Below are positions 1 through 13,093 of a stretch of 64,000 nucleotides of DNA, one piece after another. The DNA lies in NCBI GenBank assembly GCA_951406725.2, contig OX597816.1, positions 27,528,001 through 27,592,000 on the forward strand, in the 5' to 3' direction. The number at the start of each line of letters is the position of its first letter. Position 1 is the stretch's first letter. Made by a program: the position numbers and the translations under genes. The DNA comes from Octopus vulgaris (Eukaryota). Under the pieces are notes generated by a model, which saw only the letters and a list, made by a program, of their open reading frames with translations, was not told the DNA's origin and made no database searches.

Positions 1-2355
1 TTGGGATTACAAGAGCATCATAGTCTCTCTTATTCACCATGTATTTTGTGGCAATCTCCTGTTCCTGGATCGCAAACACATAGCCTTCAAAGTGTAATGT
101 CATGTAGTAGTCTTGTGTCCAAGAGAGGCTGCGCTTCGTGTCAATTCTACTGTCTTCTTCAAGCTGCCGGGCAACATGCCCATGCATGTTCTCTTTTTTG
201 TATGGTAAGTGCTTTTCATCCAGGTCTTCTCTGAGGTAAGGGAGCCCAGCTATTTTGGGGCTGTATAGGAGATCATCAGGAAGAAAGAGTTTTTTGAGGA
301 CTTCACTGCCAACTAGTACAATGTTGCTCCCTTCCCTTTTCAGTACTCCATTAACATATTTTTGCTGCTGTTGCTTAGCAGGTGCTGCCTAAGTGATACC
401 ATATGGCATTCGAAGGTCGTCTGCACTGATCTCAGGCCTCTACCACTTTCATTTCTTCTTAGGTAGAGCCTATCAACATCTCTGTTTCTGTGGAAGTTCC
501 CAGTTGTTGTCAGGATTTTGCGGGTTTTGATATCTATGTAGTGGATTTCCTCTGCGGACCAATCAAGTATCCAAAATGTTGGGATCGGCACTGGTACTGC
601 AAATACATTGTAGGATATTGTTTTGTTGTAAGAGGAAAGTTCAGACTGCCATATTTTCCTAAGCTCGATGTAATATTCTCGGGTCACTCTATCTTTATTC
701 ACAGTGCCTTCATTTTCGTCTATGCCTAGGTACTTGTAACATTCTTTGTGTGGAATTGAGGAGATAGAGAAACATGTTTTGAATTTGGGGGAGTGACTCT
801 CCTCGTTCTATAACCAAATATGAACATTTCTTCTGGCCAAATTCCATGCATATATCAGTTGAAAATGTTATTAATTCCAGTTGGTTTTGGCATTGTTAAC
901 ACTTTTAGCATAAATCCTCAGGTTGTCTACAGAGAAATTATGAGTTAGATTGATATTTCTGGCAGTTGACGATCCTAACATGTAACCATTTGTTTTCTGC
1001 GGGAGGAACGATAATGAATTCAGTGCCAAAACGAAGAGAAGTACAGAAAGACTATCATCCTGGAATATATCCTTTGTAATGCCAATACTATTAGAAACAA
1101 TTATTCTGTTCTCAGCTGTAAGGTTAAGAATAGTTGCCCATTTCTTTGTGAGTCTCTCTATAGCAGCAATTAGAGTGGTAGGCGCTTCAACAGCCATGAG
1201 TGATGGATAGAATCAAATGCCTTCTTACTGTCACAAGGTTTCTGCGTTGTTTTCTTACTTCAGACAATTGTTCAGCACATCCTCACACTCCCTTATCTCC
1301 ACCAGCCTGTTTATCAGTCACAATGTTGTTCGACTCACAATGGTCCTGGAAGAATTGATTGAGACAACTTGTGTACAATTTGTACATAAAGTTTAGGCAA
1401 GCAATGGTCCTATAGTTTCCTGCCATTTCGGTGATTTAATTTTTGGCAACAAGATTTGTCCTTGCTGTAATAAGCCAATGTGGTGTATCAGTCTAACCTT
1501 CCATATTCCCTTTGAACAAACATATCAGTTGGTTTCTATAAAATGTCAGCTTCTCGTAGCAATATCCAACTATTAGGTTCCATCCAGGTACCTTCCCATT
1601 CTGCAGTTTACCTACTGCTATAGCGAAGGTTCCTGCATCTATTTTGTATGTTTTACTGTTAGTGTTGGTACAGTATTCTCTCTCAACTGTATTTAACCAT
1701 GATGTATTTATGTTGAAGTCCCTCTTTTCGTTCCAATTTTTTGATCAGAATAATTGCAGATCTTCTTGGGAGGAAGCTTACTTAATGGTAATATTTCCCA
1801 TCCCCATCTCTCTGTGTAATGCTTGTCTCAGTCTAATTTGGAGACACACTCGAATTTAGCAATGGCGGGAGGGGTGGTTTGTTTACATTATTTTTTACGC
1901 CGCTTCTGGCAGATTTTGACTAATTTTCAGTGTTTTGGGAGGATTGAGGACCAGTTGATTTTTTTTTCGTTTTACAAAAGATGCTTGCTGTCGAAGTTGC
2001 TTCGCCGTGAAGGTATTTAAGTTGGGATGAACTTCGTCCAAGTATTGCTTTAACCGCTTCATGTATCTAATTGAAGGGTCATCTCGGGCTTTTTCATAGC
2101 ACCGAAGTAAATATTGGTTTAGTTGTTGAGTCCAAGTAAAATGAGAAGAGTACTTACGTCTTCTTAAATAACTTACTGGTGAAGTAGTTCTGTTTTCATC
2201 GGTGGTGACGTTGTTAGTTTCCGCCATAATCATGTTAGCGGGTTTCCACGTGGCGTAGCTTTTTTTTTTTTTAAATCTGTTCGGAATAACGCTACGATGG
2301 CGAGTAAAAGGTGTTTCTCTTATTAATCGTTGGAGAAATAAACCAGGGTTTTTTT
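1..2355 (-). mobile_element. R4/Dong-type non-LTR retrotransposon, degenerate, 5' part (N-terminal domain + RT); runs off window start
   Basis: Minus-strand ORF pieces: 1895-2233 (FTWTQQLNQYLLRCY...YMKRLKQY, N-terminal domain), 871-1197 (DIFQDDSLS..., FSVDNLRIYAK = RT motifs), 340-702 (YNVFAVP...IDIKTRKIL...VDRLYLRRNESGRGL) and AIQEQEIATKY near 40-75. Many stops and frameshifts. The 5' end abuts a (CATA)n tract. Confidence 0.85.
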
Positions 2356-2484
2356 GTATGTATATATCTATGTATGTAGTTATGTATGTAGTTATGTATG
2401 TATGTATCTATGAATTTATGTATGAATGTATGCATGTATGTGTGAGTGCATGTATGTATGTGCAAATTTGTATGTTTTATGTAT

Positions 2485-3735
2485 GTCTTCTCATGCATAT
2501 TGTTACATATCTAGACATGCTGATATATATTTAAATGGTAAACTTCTGGAAAACAGATTTTTACAGTTCCAGTGATGGATTGGTTCTATAGTCTTCGAAT
2601 TAGCTTTCTCCTTTCTGGTTTTGAGAAGCCTAATTTCTCAAGATTGATATTTAGGCAATGTATTACATATCCCAAGGCCCCAATAATTAAAGGTATAAAC
2701 TGAACTTGTAATCAGCTAGAGTAATTGCAGATTTCTCAATAGTTCAGCATAGGTGTTCTTTTTTCATTGATCTTCAGCTTGATGTTAACATCTGCAGGGC
2801 AGCTAATTTCCACACCTGTGCACAGTTTCTCTTCTCTATCCCAAATCACTATATCAGGTCTGTTGTGCTCACATTTTATTGAGGTCTTCACTGGTACATT
2901 CCACCAGTATTCCTTACTGGAGGAATGTACCAGTGAAGACCTGGTACATTCCACCAGTATTACTTTTTATTATGAGTGGCTATGGCTTCTACCATATTGT
3001 GGGGTTTTATTTCTTTGTCCTCGGGATTATCCTTCCGACGGATTTCATTATAGAGTGTCCTAACTACAACATCATGTCTCATCGGTAGATAATATCGCGA
3101 TCACATTTTCGGACAACTGCTTATGATGCGGGTGATATCTTCGGTGTTAACCTCACAAAGTCTGCATCGGTTGTTACATTTTACTACATTTCCCGCATCT
3201 CTATCCTTTTGGTGAGTCAGGTATTTGGTTGATATTACCTGTTACTGGATTGCAACACGCATACCCTTCAAAGCGTGAGGTAGTAATCCGGTCATTCGTC
3301 CATAATAGACTGCTTTGATGACCGATGTTACTATCATCTCGCAGCTTTCTACTAACATATGCATGCAAAGACTTCTGCTCATATAAGCTCATCCTTCCAT
3401 CTGATGGTATGTTGCGGTAGAGTTGTGCGACTTCTTTAGTCATGCATTCTAGGTTATCAGCCAAGGGATGTGGCTCAAGGATCTGCCTTCAAAGTCTTAT
3501 GATGTTCTCAGCCTCAGGCATGCAAACTTAGTCGAGGGATGCACTTCAACGTTGGTGGTTAAAAGATGTTGCCGAAAGGATATGATGCGACATTCAAAGG
3601 CATTTTGGATCGATGTTAAGCTTCTGTTACTTTCTTTACGTTTTAGGTAAGGTTGTCTACGCCCCCGTGTATGTGGAAATTATGTGCGCGTGTTAGTATT
3701 TTTCGGGTATTCACATCAATGTCTCAGATCTCATC
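2485..3735 (-). mobile_element. R4/Dong-type LINE, 5'-truncated 3' part (CCHC knuckle + restriction-like endonuclease)
   Basis: ORF 2736-2954 has EYWWNVPVKT..CEHNRPDIVIWDREEKLC..VEISCPAD (PD-(D/E)xK REL motif). A CRLC..EDIT.IISSCP..RHD knuckle lies at about 3070-3170. Flanked on both sides by (TATG)n. Confidence 0.85.
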
Positions 3736-3739
3736 ATAT

Positions 3740-4450
3740 ATGTATGTTTGTAGGTAGGTAGGTAGGTACGAATGTACGTATGTATGTATGTATGTATGTA
3801 TGTATGTATGTATGTATGTATGTATGTATGTATGTATGTATGTATGTATGTATGTATGTATGTATGTATGTATGTATGTATGTATGTATGTATGTATGTA
3901 TGTATATATGAATGTATGTATGTAAGTATGTATGTATGTGTGCATGCATGTATGTATGTATGTATGTACGTATGGATGGACGGAAGACCTTGCTTATTTT
4001 TCAAATTTATTACCAGTAGAGGATTAGCTATTCTTTAACCCAGAAGCAAAGTCTCAGCATTGTAATTTAGAGCCCGTACCTAGGTACTCATGCTTGTATG
4101 AATGCATGTATGTTGTATGTATGTATGTATGAATGTATGCATGTATGTATGTATGTATGTATGTATGTATGTATGTTGTATGTATATATGAATGTATGCA
4201 TGTATGTATGTATGTATGTATGTATGTATGTTGTATGTATATATGAATGTATGCATGTATGTATGTATGTATGTATGTATGTATGTATGTATGTATGTAT
4301 GTATGTATCTGTGTATGTATGTATATATATAATATATATGTATGTATATATGTATGTGCGTGTATGTATGTATGTATGTAAGTATGCATGTATGTGTGTG
4401 TATGTATGTATGCATGCATGCTTATATGTATGCATGTATGTATGTATTAT
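3740..4450. repeat. (TATG)n/(CATA)n microsatellite tracts
   Basis: Direct reading; source of the HTYI/YVCM pseudo-ORFs. Confidence 0.95.
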
Positions 4451-4823
4451 GTATGTATCTGTTCATATATTTATTTATATGCATATGGTTGTTTCCGTGA
4501 ATCTGTAGATTTTCATGCATTTTATGCATGTATGGATTCATGCATGCATGTGTACTCTATGAATACAGGTATACCTGTATACACACACTCGAGGTATTTT
4601 TAATAAACACATTTTTGTCAACCTTAAGGGTAAGAGAGACCTAACAAGATCAATGATAACTCACTGCTGCTAATATCTTTTCTATTTCTGGAGATAATTC
4701 AAAATGTCAGAATGTCAATATTTGTCTTGTTAAAGTATTTCTCATTTAATTTCATTATCTCTCAAATCCACCAAAAGTAAATTTTATTATCTCTCAAGGA
4801 TAGAACACCCTAATAAAGATAGA

Positions 4824-4859
<36 letters not shown>

Positions 4860-5270
4860 CTGTAACATCAACAAGAACAGAAGCAATATACGCCAGAAGA
4901 TGCAAAATGCATTAAGGCTGTCGTTTTCTTTACTTTAGCGATAAAGAATCCGTAGAACAATTAGCAGGTGCGCTGAGAAATGGAGAGGAAATAATTCATT
5001 CGTTATGTTGTGACCATTCTTCTTTTTTCTTTGAAAATAGAATATGAGAAAAGAAAAAATATTAATAATGTTGGTTATATAAGGGTAAAAAATATGAATA
5101 AATAAAAATCTGAATTAGTTTAGTTAAAATATAATTATTAAGATTAACCTGCAATCGCTAGGGTATATACATATATATATATATATATATATACACATAC
5201 ACATCTATATCTATGTATCTATATATATGTAATGTATGTATGTATATATCTATGTATGTGTGCATGCACG

Positions 5271-5350
<80 letters not shown>

Positions 5351-5385
5351 CACACATATATATATATATGTCTCGCATTTTAAAT

Positions 5386-5512
5386 GGCGGTGCCCCAGCA
5401 TGGCCACAGCTCGTGAGCTGAAACTAGATAAAATAAAAAATAAATAAATAAAATATATATATATATATACGGCAGTGCTTCAGCATGGCCGCAGCTCTGA
5501 GCTGAAACTAGA
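5386..5512 (+). mobile_element. Two isolated LINE/SINE 3'-tail fragments (5386-5428, 5471-5512)
   Basis: GGCGGTGCCCCAGCATGGCCACAGCTCGTGAGCTGAAACTAGA resembles the 3' tail of the CORE-like SINE copies (GGCGGTGCTCCAGCATGGCCGCAGTCAAATGACTGAAAC). Confidence 0.7.
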
Positions 5513-5523
5513 GGAAAACAAAT

Positions 5524-5554
<31 letters not shown>

Positions 5555-5981
5555 ATGTATGTAGATATCTATGTATGTGTGCATGCATGTATATATATAT
5601 ATATATATGTGTGTGTGACTGTTTGTATGTCTGTACGTGTGCATGCATGCGCGTGTGTATCTATGTGTTAATATATATATATATGCAAAAACATACATTA
5701 ATACGCACATATGTAGAAACACAAGGGGCTCGAGTTGAGACAAAAGTAAGTTAATTCAACACATACACCTGCGCATAGACATACATATATATATGTGTGT
5801 ATTCATGTTTATATGTTTGTGTATGCATTTAAGTATACGTGTGTATGTGTGTATGTACGACTATATGCATATCTGTGCGTGCTTATGCTTATGCATATAT
5901 GTATAGAATATAATATTGATGTATAAATATGCGTGTCTGTGTTTGTACAAGAATATATGTATGTATGTATATACATATACA

Positions 5982-7218
5982 CAGAGATGCAGAAAGTATA
6001 GAGACACCATTAATTTTCAAAATTTCTGATCTAAGTGTCTTAATATGTTTTCAGCGTTGTAGAATTTACAATGTAATTATTCTTTTTCATTCCAGGTGCC
6101 ATTATATTAAACATTTGCGAAGATTAACCATGCCATGCACAAAAAATTCAGCAGAACTGTGAGATTTTCAAACAAATCATATTGTTGGGCAATCTGAAGC
6201 TGGTCTTAGCCAGCGAAAAATTGCCGAAGATCTTCAAATTCCTCTTGCTACTGTTAATAGAAATATAGTGCAATTCAAAAGCCAAGGAAAAGTATCAACA
6301 AATTCTCGTCCCGGCCGTCCTGGGACCCCGGAAAGGAAGCTTCGCTGTTTGAAGAGAATTGTGGAAAACGAGCTCCGTTCGAAGGCTTCTGACATTGCAA
6401 GACAGCTAGAAGTTAGTCCAAGAACGTCTGTTTCATATCTGCATACGCTCGGGTATTATGGACGAGCAGCTAGAAGAAAACCTCTCCTTCAACCAATTAA
6501 TATCATAGGATAGAGTGATTAATGTCATGGGATAGAGTGATTTTCTCAGATGATTCCAGATTTGCATTATTTTCAGTTAGCGGGCATGTTTGGGTCTGGA
6601 AGCTTCTCAATCAAGAAATTGATTTGAAACGACTCCAACCAACTGTGAAACATGGCGGCATGTCTATAATGGTATAGGGAGCTGTCACCAGTAATGGCCG
6701 TTCTGAGGTTATCGAATGTGTTGGAACCGTAAACTCTGAAAAATACATCGACATACTTAAGCAAGGACTACTTCCAATGTATTCACACGATAACATAACG
6801 AAAAATGAGTTTTTTATTCATAGAAGATGGGGCTCTATACCAGACAGCGAAAAGGAATCAACAGTGGCTGACTGAAAATGGGATCAAAAAGCTTCCTTGG
6901 CCGAGCCAATCTCCTGACACGAACCCAATTGAAACTCTTTAGGGCATACTAGATAGAGCTATACGAAAACATTGACAGAAACCCGATGAATTGTTTCGAT
7001 TGTTGCGTGAAAAGTGGGCAGAAATTCCACAAGAGACAATCACAAAGCTCATCAGTTCAATGCCAAAAAGAGTTTCTGGTTTTAAATCTGCAAAGGGAAT
7101 GTCAACTAAATACTAAAGAATGGAGTCCTGCCTATCGATTACATTTCAATTGTTTGCTTTACGTACTAAATAAAAGATTTTGAAAATTAAAGGTGTCTAT
7201 TTACTTCCTGCTTGTCTG
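5982..7218 (+). mobile_element. Tc1-family DNA transposon, full-length but pseudogenised
   Basis: Imperfect ~40-bp TIRs (CAGAGATGCAGAAAGTATAGAGACACCATTAATTTTCAAAAT / reverse complement at 7178-7218). Transposase relic at about 6130-7115 with RPGRP, ARRKPLL, IFSDDSRF, PTVKHGG and WPSQSPDTNPIE motifs, broken by stops. Confidence 0.9.
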
Positions 7219-7245
7219 TTTATATATATGCATATATATATGTAG

Positions 7246-7358
<113 letters not shown>

Positions 7359-7359
7359 T

Positions 7360-7390
<31 letters not shown>

Positions 7391-7393
<3 letters not shown>

Positions 7394-7561
7394 GGTCCCG
7401 GGTTGAGTCGGGGTTAACCACAGTAAATAAGGTACTCAATACATAGCAGAGTAAATTAATTTATTTTATAGAAGGAGCTTCTACAGGACTAGAACTGTTT
7501 CATTCAAATGCTTCCTGATGATTTCATCTGAATGAAACAGTTCTAGTCCTGTAGAAGCTCC
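7391..7561. mobile_element. Penelope-pLTR-like fragment with inverted end (fold-back 7474-7509 / 7526-7561)
   Basis: 36-bp inverted repeat with 1 mismatch. The minus arm continues through AATAAA into a (TA)n tract. The plus arm carries a hammerhead. Confidence 0.65.
7510..7558 (+). ncRNA. Type I hammerhead ribozyme motif, canonical core
   Basis: GCTTC-CTGATGA-TTTCATCTGAAT-GAAA-CAG-ttctagtc-CTG-TA-GAAGC. Stem I GCTTC/GAAGC, stem II TTCA/TGAA with a U-U closing mismatch, stem III ACAG/CTGT, cleavage triplet GUA. Confidence 0.8.
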
Positions 7562-8739
7562 AGAGAATTATGCACACATACACAAGTATGTATTCATGAG
7601 CGTATATGTGTATGCCTGCGTGTTTATTTGCGAAAGATATACTGAAATCTTCCTTCATTGAATCTTCGCTTCATCCAGAATAAGTTCATAGTATTCCCTA
7701 TTTAAATCACAATAATTAGTATTGCTGGGGAGATAATTGATTAACAATCAAGTCAGGTGTGTCTACCATCGCAAGCGCACACATCAAGAAACGTTTTTTT
7801 TTTGTTCTCCGATCGTCAGGATATGAAGATGAAAATACAGTTGTGAGGTATCAATTACCAGAAAGAAATGAATGAAGGTGCGATAGTTCTTGCAGTCAGG
7901 TGTTTGTGTTCTGAACGTCGCAGTTTGCAGATGATACCAATACGAAGTGTTAACGAGATGAGCTGGGAGTAATCTTGCTTTTTTAATTACAAAATGCCAA
8001 CGACATATAAGTGAATGTCAGCTGTGTGAACGGGCAAAACAAAAAGGAATAAAACCGTAATTCATGGGAAATAATGATGGCTTCAAACGGTGTTAAATAA
8101 ACAAATTAACAAGTAATTAAATAATTGAAACAAGTCAAAGCCTGTTACTAAAATTGATATAATATGATACGGGTAGCTGAGAGGAGTGAGGTTTGGTATT
8201 TCTTAAAAAGAGTTTTCCGAAATAATAATTACTAATTCTTCATCATAAAAACGAAAGACCCTTTGATAATAGGACTGTTCGATAGTACGCAATTAACACC
8301 ATTGCCCATTTCTCTCAGTTAATGGAAGACAGTCCAATGGACTTCACCATACTGTTGTGCTGGTGTAATTTCTCAGGAACTCAGTAACAGCGCCAGACCA
8401 GGAATTTCTGGACGTTATAATACTTAATATAGAAAGATTTCTGGAAGTGTTTTTATAAATATATCACTGGTTACTGCTAGACATTGGCCAGTTCCCAACA
8501 GTAAATGCATCAACATAGATGACAAAATAACGAAATACCTTTAAATGAAAAGAAAGGAAATAAATAATTGCAGGTTCAACGCGCGTTAACAAATGACAAG
8601 TTTCATATCTGATTATTTGCTTTTCTGTATGTGGTGAAGCGTCTATTTCCTGAGAAACAAATAAAAAAAGGCATGAATGAAGGCAATACATGATAAAAGG
8701 TGACAAAATGGTATTTCAAGAATGTGAAAAATAGAATGG

Positions 8740-8945
8740 ACCATAAAATATAACACATCGACTAATAAAAATCATAGACATGATACCCATATCCACTTTT
8801 TGTATTCTGCGCCTCTCATGTAAGTATGGGGTTCTGGTTAGTCTAATTGACATATGCTCTGAAATGGTTGTCTGAGAACAAGATTAAAAGCAATATTTTC
8901 CAAGGAGATTAATTTCTCCGCTATTATTTATCGTTTTGCTTTGAT
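8740..8945 (+). mobile_element. Highly degenerate R4/Dong-type RT fragment
   Basis: Relics of ID..K..DMIPH (about 8757-8790) and IFQGD..SPLLFI (about 8895-8935). Confidence 0.45.
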
Positions 8946-9712
8946 CAGAAGCCGATATCCAAAGGAAGGTGGAGTGATTGTCATAAAAGAATATCCAGTC
9001 ATTTGAGGGAACCATTCCCAACACAAACACTTGTTATACATTTCAACATCAGAACAGCATGTAAAATAGTGATTTCTGCTAACTCAATCGAGTTGCAATT
9101 TTGATGGAATATAGCAATAAAAAAAAATATAGCATCAAATATTACCACTTTCCCGAATTGATCCTAGAACATTATCGAAAACTAAATAAAAACAGAAACA
9201 GACAAAAAGAGATGCTTTCGGAGTTGTGTGGGCGTATGAGACGCTCTCCACAGCTATCACCATGTTAAACACTTTGCCATAATCTCTGATCATAAACCAC
9301 TTCTTTAAATCTCCTATAGTAACAGGAAGCCATTGCTATGAATCTTTCAGTAGATTCTGGTTTCTACCATACATATTTTCTATTCATACATCAAAGCCAA
9401 ACTAAATACAAGCAGATACATTATAGACACCTGCCAATATTTTACACATAAATGTGGAGTACAATAGTGTAGAGTAGATCAGAAGCCATATAATATATAA
9501 TAGTGTCCCTTAGTCGATACAGAATCGCTGAAATAACGGCGTAGCCCCAGAAAGGTAATAATCAATGCCAGGTATATTTTCCCAAATACTTGGAACAATA
9601 AACAATGCTTTAAAAAGTTGTCAATTATGAAGGTAAACAAATGGAGCTTTGCAATATAAGGTAAATCAAAGAATGCATACCGATTAAGCAATATAGTTCC
9701 ACATACAGAGTG

Positions 9713-9765
<53 letters not shown>

Positions 9766-10625
9766 CACATGCATGTATAATTTCATATGCATATTCATAT
9801 ATATTATTTTTGTATATATATATGTATAGTATAGTATAATATATATAAGTATATATATACACATTTACATACATATATACATACCTATATATATATATAT
9901 ATATATATATGTATGCACTAACACATGCACACATATACACACATATACACACATATACACATATATATACATGCATATATAAATGCATGTATATATATAT
10001 GTATAAATGTATATAAATGCATGTATATATATATGTATGTATATAAATGCATGTATATATGTATATATATGTATATATGTATATGCATATATAAATGCAT
10101 GTATATATATATGTATAAATGTATATAAATGCATGTATATATATATGTATGTATATAAATGCATGTATATATGTATATATATGTATATATGTATATGCAT
10201 ATATAAATGCATGTATATATATGTATATATGTATATAATATGTATTATTCAGCATAATTTCTAAATTTCTTACCGCTGGAGTCAGTTTCTAACTTAGGTC
10301 TAAGGTTCCTTCATTGGAATTTTAAACAACATCAAGGTATTGGTGCATGTTTCTGTGCATGTGTGCAATATTTTGTGTCAGTGTATGTTGCAGACTTGTA
10401 AGCTTTGTTTAATTTATGTATTTCTCCTGATTGGTGCTGAGGCTCCAAAAATAACGAATATAAACCGGATTGAGTAACTGTAAATTTCTGAATAGTTCAA
10501 CGTAGGTATTTGTGGAGTTAATACTGACGATATCACACAAATTATAAGCAGTTGTCCGAAAAAACAATCATTGCAGAAAGGGCATATATGGCTTCATCGA
10601 CTGTAGACACATGTATGAAGCTTGA

Positions 10626-10862
10626 AGGTGACGAGCTGGCAGAAACGTTAGCACGTCGGGCGAAATGCTTAGCGGTATTTCATCTAACGTTACGTTGTGA
10701 GTTCAAATTCCGCTGAGGTTGACTTTGCCTTTCATCCTTTCGGGGTCGATAAATTACGTACTAGTTACGCACTCGGGTCGATGTAATCGACTTAATACCC
10801 ATGTCTGTCCTTGTTTGTCCCCTCTATGTTTAGCCCCTTGTGGGTAATAAAGAAATAGGTAT
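10626..10862 (+). mobile_element. tRNA-derived SINE with Nin/Deu-type domain
   Basis: Head GGTGACGAGCTGGCAGAAACGTTAG, B-box-like GAGTTCAAATTCC, core GACTTTGCCTTTCATCCTTTCGGGGTCGATAAA. Many copies in the window. Confidence 0.85.
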
Positions 10863-10989
10863 TTTCTTTTTCGCCGAACTTTAGATTAATGTTATCATCT
10901 GCTGGGCGACTGATTTCCGCAACTTAGTTACTCTTCTCTGTGCCTAATCACTCGTATCTGGTCTATTATATTTGAATGTTACTGAGATT

Positions 10990-11335
10990 TCACTGGCTAT
11001 GGCCTGTACCACACTGTTGATTCTTGTCCCTTTGGCCCCTATATTATCGACCCAACAGATCCCATTGTACAGTGTCTTAGCTACAATGTCATGTCAGGTA
11101 GATAATAACGCAATGATTTTTTTCGGACAACTGCTTATGATTTGCGCGATATCATCGATGTTAGCTCCACAAATCTACATCAATAATTACATTTTGGTGA
11201 TTTTCTTGCGTCTCTATCTTTTTTTTTTTGCATCAGATATTCGGTTGCTATTTCCTGTTCCTGGATTGCAAACGCATACTCTTCAAAGTGAGAATTAGTA
11301 TTCAGTTATTGGTCCAAGATAGACTATTTTGATTA
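10990..11335 (-). mobile_element. R4/Dong-type LINE fragment (CCHC region)
   Basis: Homologous to 3060-3320 (TCGGACAACTGCTTATGAT shared); encodes FEEYAFAIQEQEIATEY. Confidence 0.75.
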
Positions 11336-11344
11336 TATTGTGGA

Positions 11345-12215
11345 GCATGGTTTTTGTTGTCTTGTGCTGGAGACATGTTTACCTGTGATTTTGGGGGTGC
11401 TGATTTCAAAAATGAAATCCATCTTGCTCTATCATGTCAAGACTTTTCACAAACTCAAATGTCCATTTTTCAACATTTCGAGTATTGTCGCCATTTCTAA
11501 GGACAGATATGGCTTCATCGACTGTAGACACATGTATGGAGCTTGAAAAATTTGAAAACATAAGGTTTTCAATATCATTAAAGTAAATGAAATTTCAAAA
11601 GTGAAAAGAAAAGGCAATTTATCTTCAATAAATACTTGAGTAAATTTCACTATTTTCACTCTGACCAGTTTTAAATGTCTTGATAGACGTTAGAAATGTC
11701 CATTTATACAATACACATGTTTGTGGTCCTTGAGATAATGCATGTTTCCTGTTTGTGGAATTTGTCCACATTGTACTTTTCTTTTAGTGTGACTATCATT
11801 GCAAACCAGGTGAAACATGTTCCGTTGAACCTTATTTCTTATGAAAATCGGTATGCGCCCTTAATGTTTTAATTGTGAGGTCACATGTGTCAAGGACACT
11901 TTTTGTCAAGCATGGTCAAAGAACTATAGAAAGAACTTCGTGGTATATATGCTCTTTATGGAACTTTGTCATCACAAATCTTCATTTCCTTACTTTATAA
12001 CTGTTGACAATTCTGAAAATGCTTTTCCCAGGTGACAACTGGCTTGAATATATGTTTTGTATTTCAGCAGTAGCGCCACTTTTGAGGGGAAAATGCAGAA
12101 ACAGCCCCGATATCTTCTGTTATGTTTGTGAAACCAGTATGCCAATTTTAGTCTAAATTAGGTAAAAATCAAACCCAACAGAAATTATGTTCTAAATTGT
12201 TCCCATTGTTATTGA
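11345..12215 (+). mobile_element. Possible Chapaev3/CMC-type DNA transposon remnant
   Basis: KCRNSPDIFCYVC at about 12091-12130 resembles the N-terminal C..SPD.FCYICG motif as I recall it; GATTTTGGGGGTGCTGATTTCAAA subterminal-like motif. Confidence 0.4.
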
Positions 12216-12419
12216 TGTTGCTGCTATCGTGGAGCTTTCTGCTAACATATCCATGCATTGTCTTCTTCTGATATGCACTCATCCATTCATCTGATGACAT
12301 ATACATTTGAATGTATTTATGCATTTATCGATATATGAGATATATATATCTATATCTATATATATATATTTCTATATATATTTTTTATCTATATATATCT
12401 ATATCTATATCTATATATT

Positions 12420-12584
12420 TTTTCTCTCCTTGTTTCTCTCATTGTTTTCTGTGTCCCTTTCGGTAGAAAAGCGTAGGCTCGAAACGTAAAATACTTTTTC
12501 TATTCCTGAGCGCTATACTAATACATCTGTTTGTTTTGTACACCACCTGTCTTCGTCTTTTGTTGTTTGTTTCGTAAACTTTCC

Positions 12585-12587
<3 letters not shown>
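12420..12587 (+). mobile_element. Hammerhead-bearing short element, family alpha (degenerate motif 12453-12494)
   Basis: CTTT-CGGTAGA-A-AAGC-GTAG-GCTC-GAAA-CGT-A-AAATAC; homologous to 48722-48928, 49818-50035 and 53715-53905. Confidence 0.7.
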
Positions 12588-12666
<79 letters not shown>

Positions 12667-12685
12667 ATATATATATATATATATA

Positions 12686-12880
12686 GCTAGTCCAAACATG
12701 AAGGCACAAAAGAACACAACAACGCGAGGACGTGGAACAAATATAGTATTATTGGACGGTCAGGAAAGAAGGAAAGAGGGAGGGTTTAACGTTTCGAGCG
12801 GAGCACTTCGTCGGAATCATAGGAGAGGGAAAGATCCAGAGAAGGGAAGACAGAGGGAAAAATCGCGGTCACATTTTGAA
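12686..12880 (-). mobile_element. Hammerhead-bearing short element, family beta (motif about 12784-12818)
   Basis: Reverse complement GATT-CCGACGA-A-GTGC-TCC-GCTC-GAAA-CGT-T-AAAC; homologous to 28040-28232 and 44088-44297. Confidence 0.7.
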
Positions 12881-12902
12881 TGTATATATATATATATATA
12901 TA

Positions 12903-13017
12903 TCACGTGATCACGTGACCGACCAGACCATCATATGTTGTTACACATCGCTGGTCACAATGCGTACGCATTGTTTTAGCCTTCGAATGACGCCACCCTG
13001 CTGGCTAAGCGAGCAGG

Positions 13018-13021
<4 letters not shown>
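12903..13021 (-). mobile_element. 5'-truncated SINE (third family, RTE-like tail)
   Basis: Matches the 3' half of 28291-28588; ends GGTCACGTGATCACGTGA + (TA)n. Confidence 0.8.

Positions 13022-13093
<72 letters not shown>

Noticed and set aside
2234-2355. Possible HDV-like ribozyme at the R4 element 5' end
   Set aside because: No nested double pseudoknot could be built by eye.
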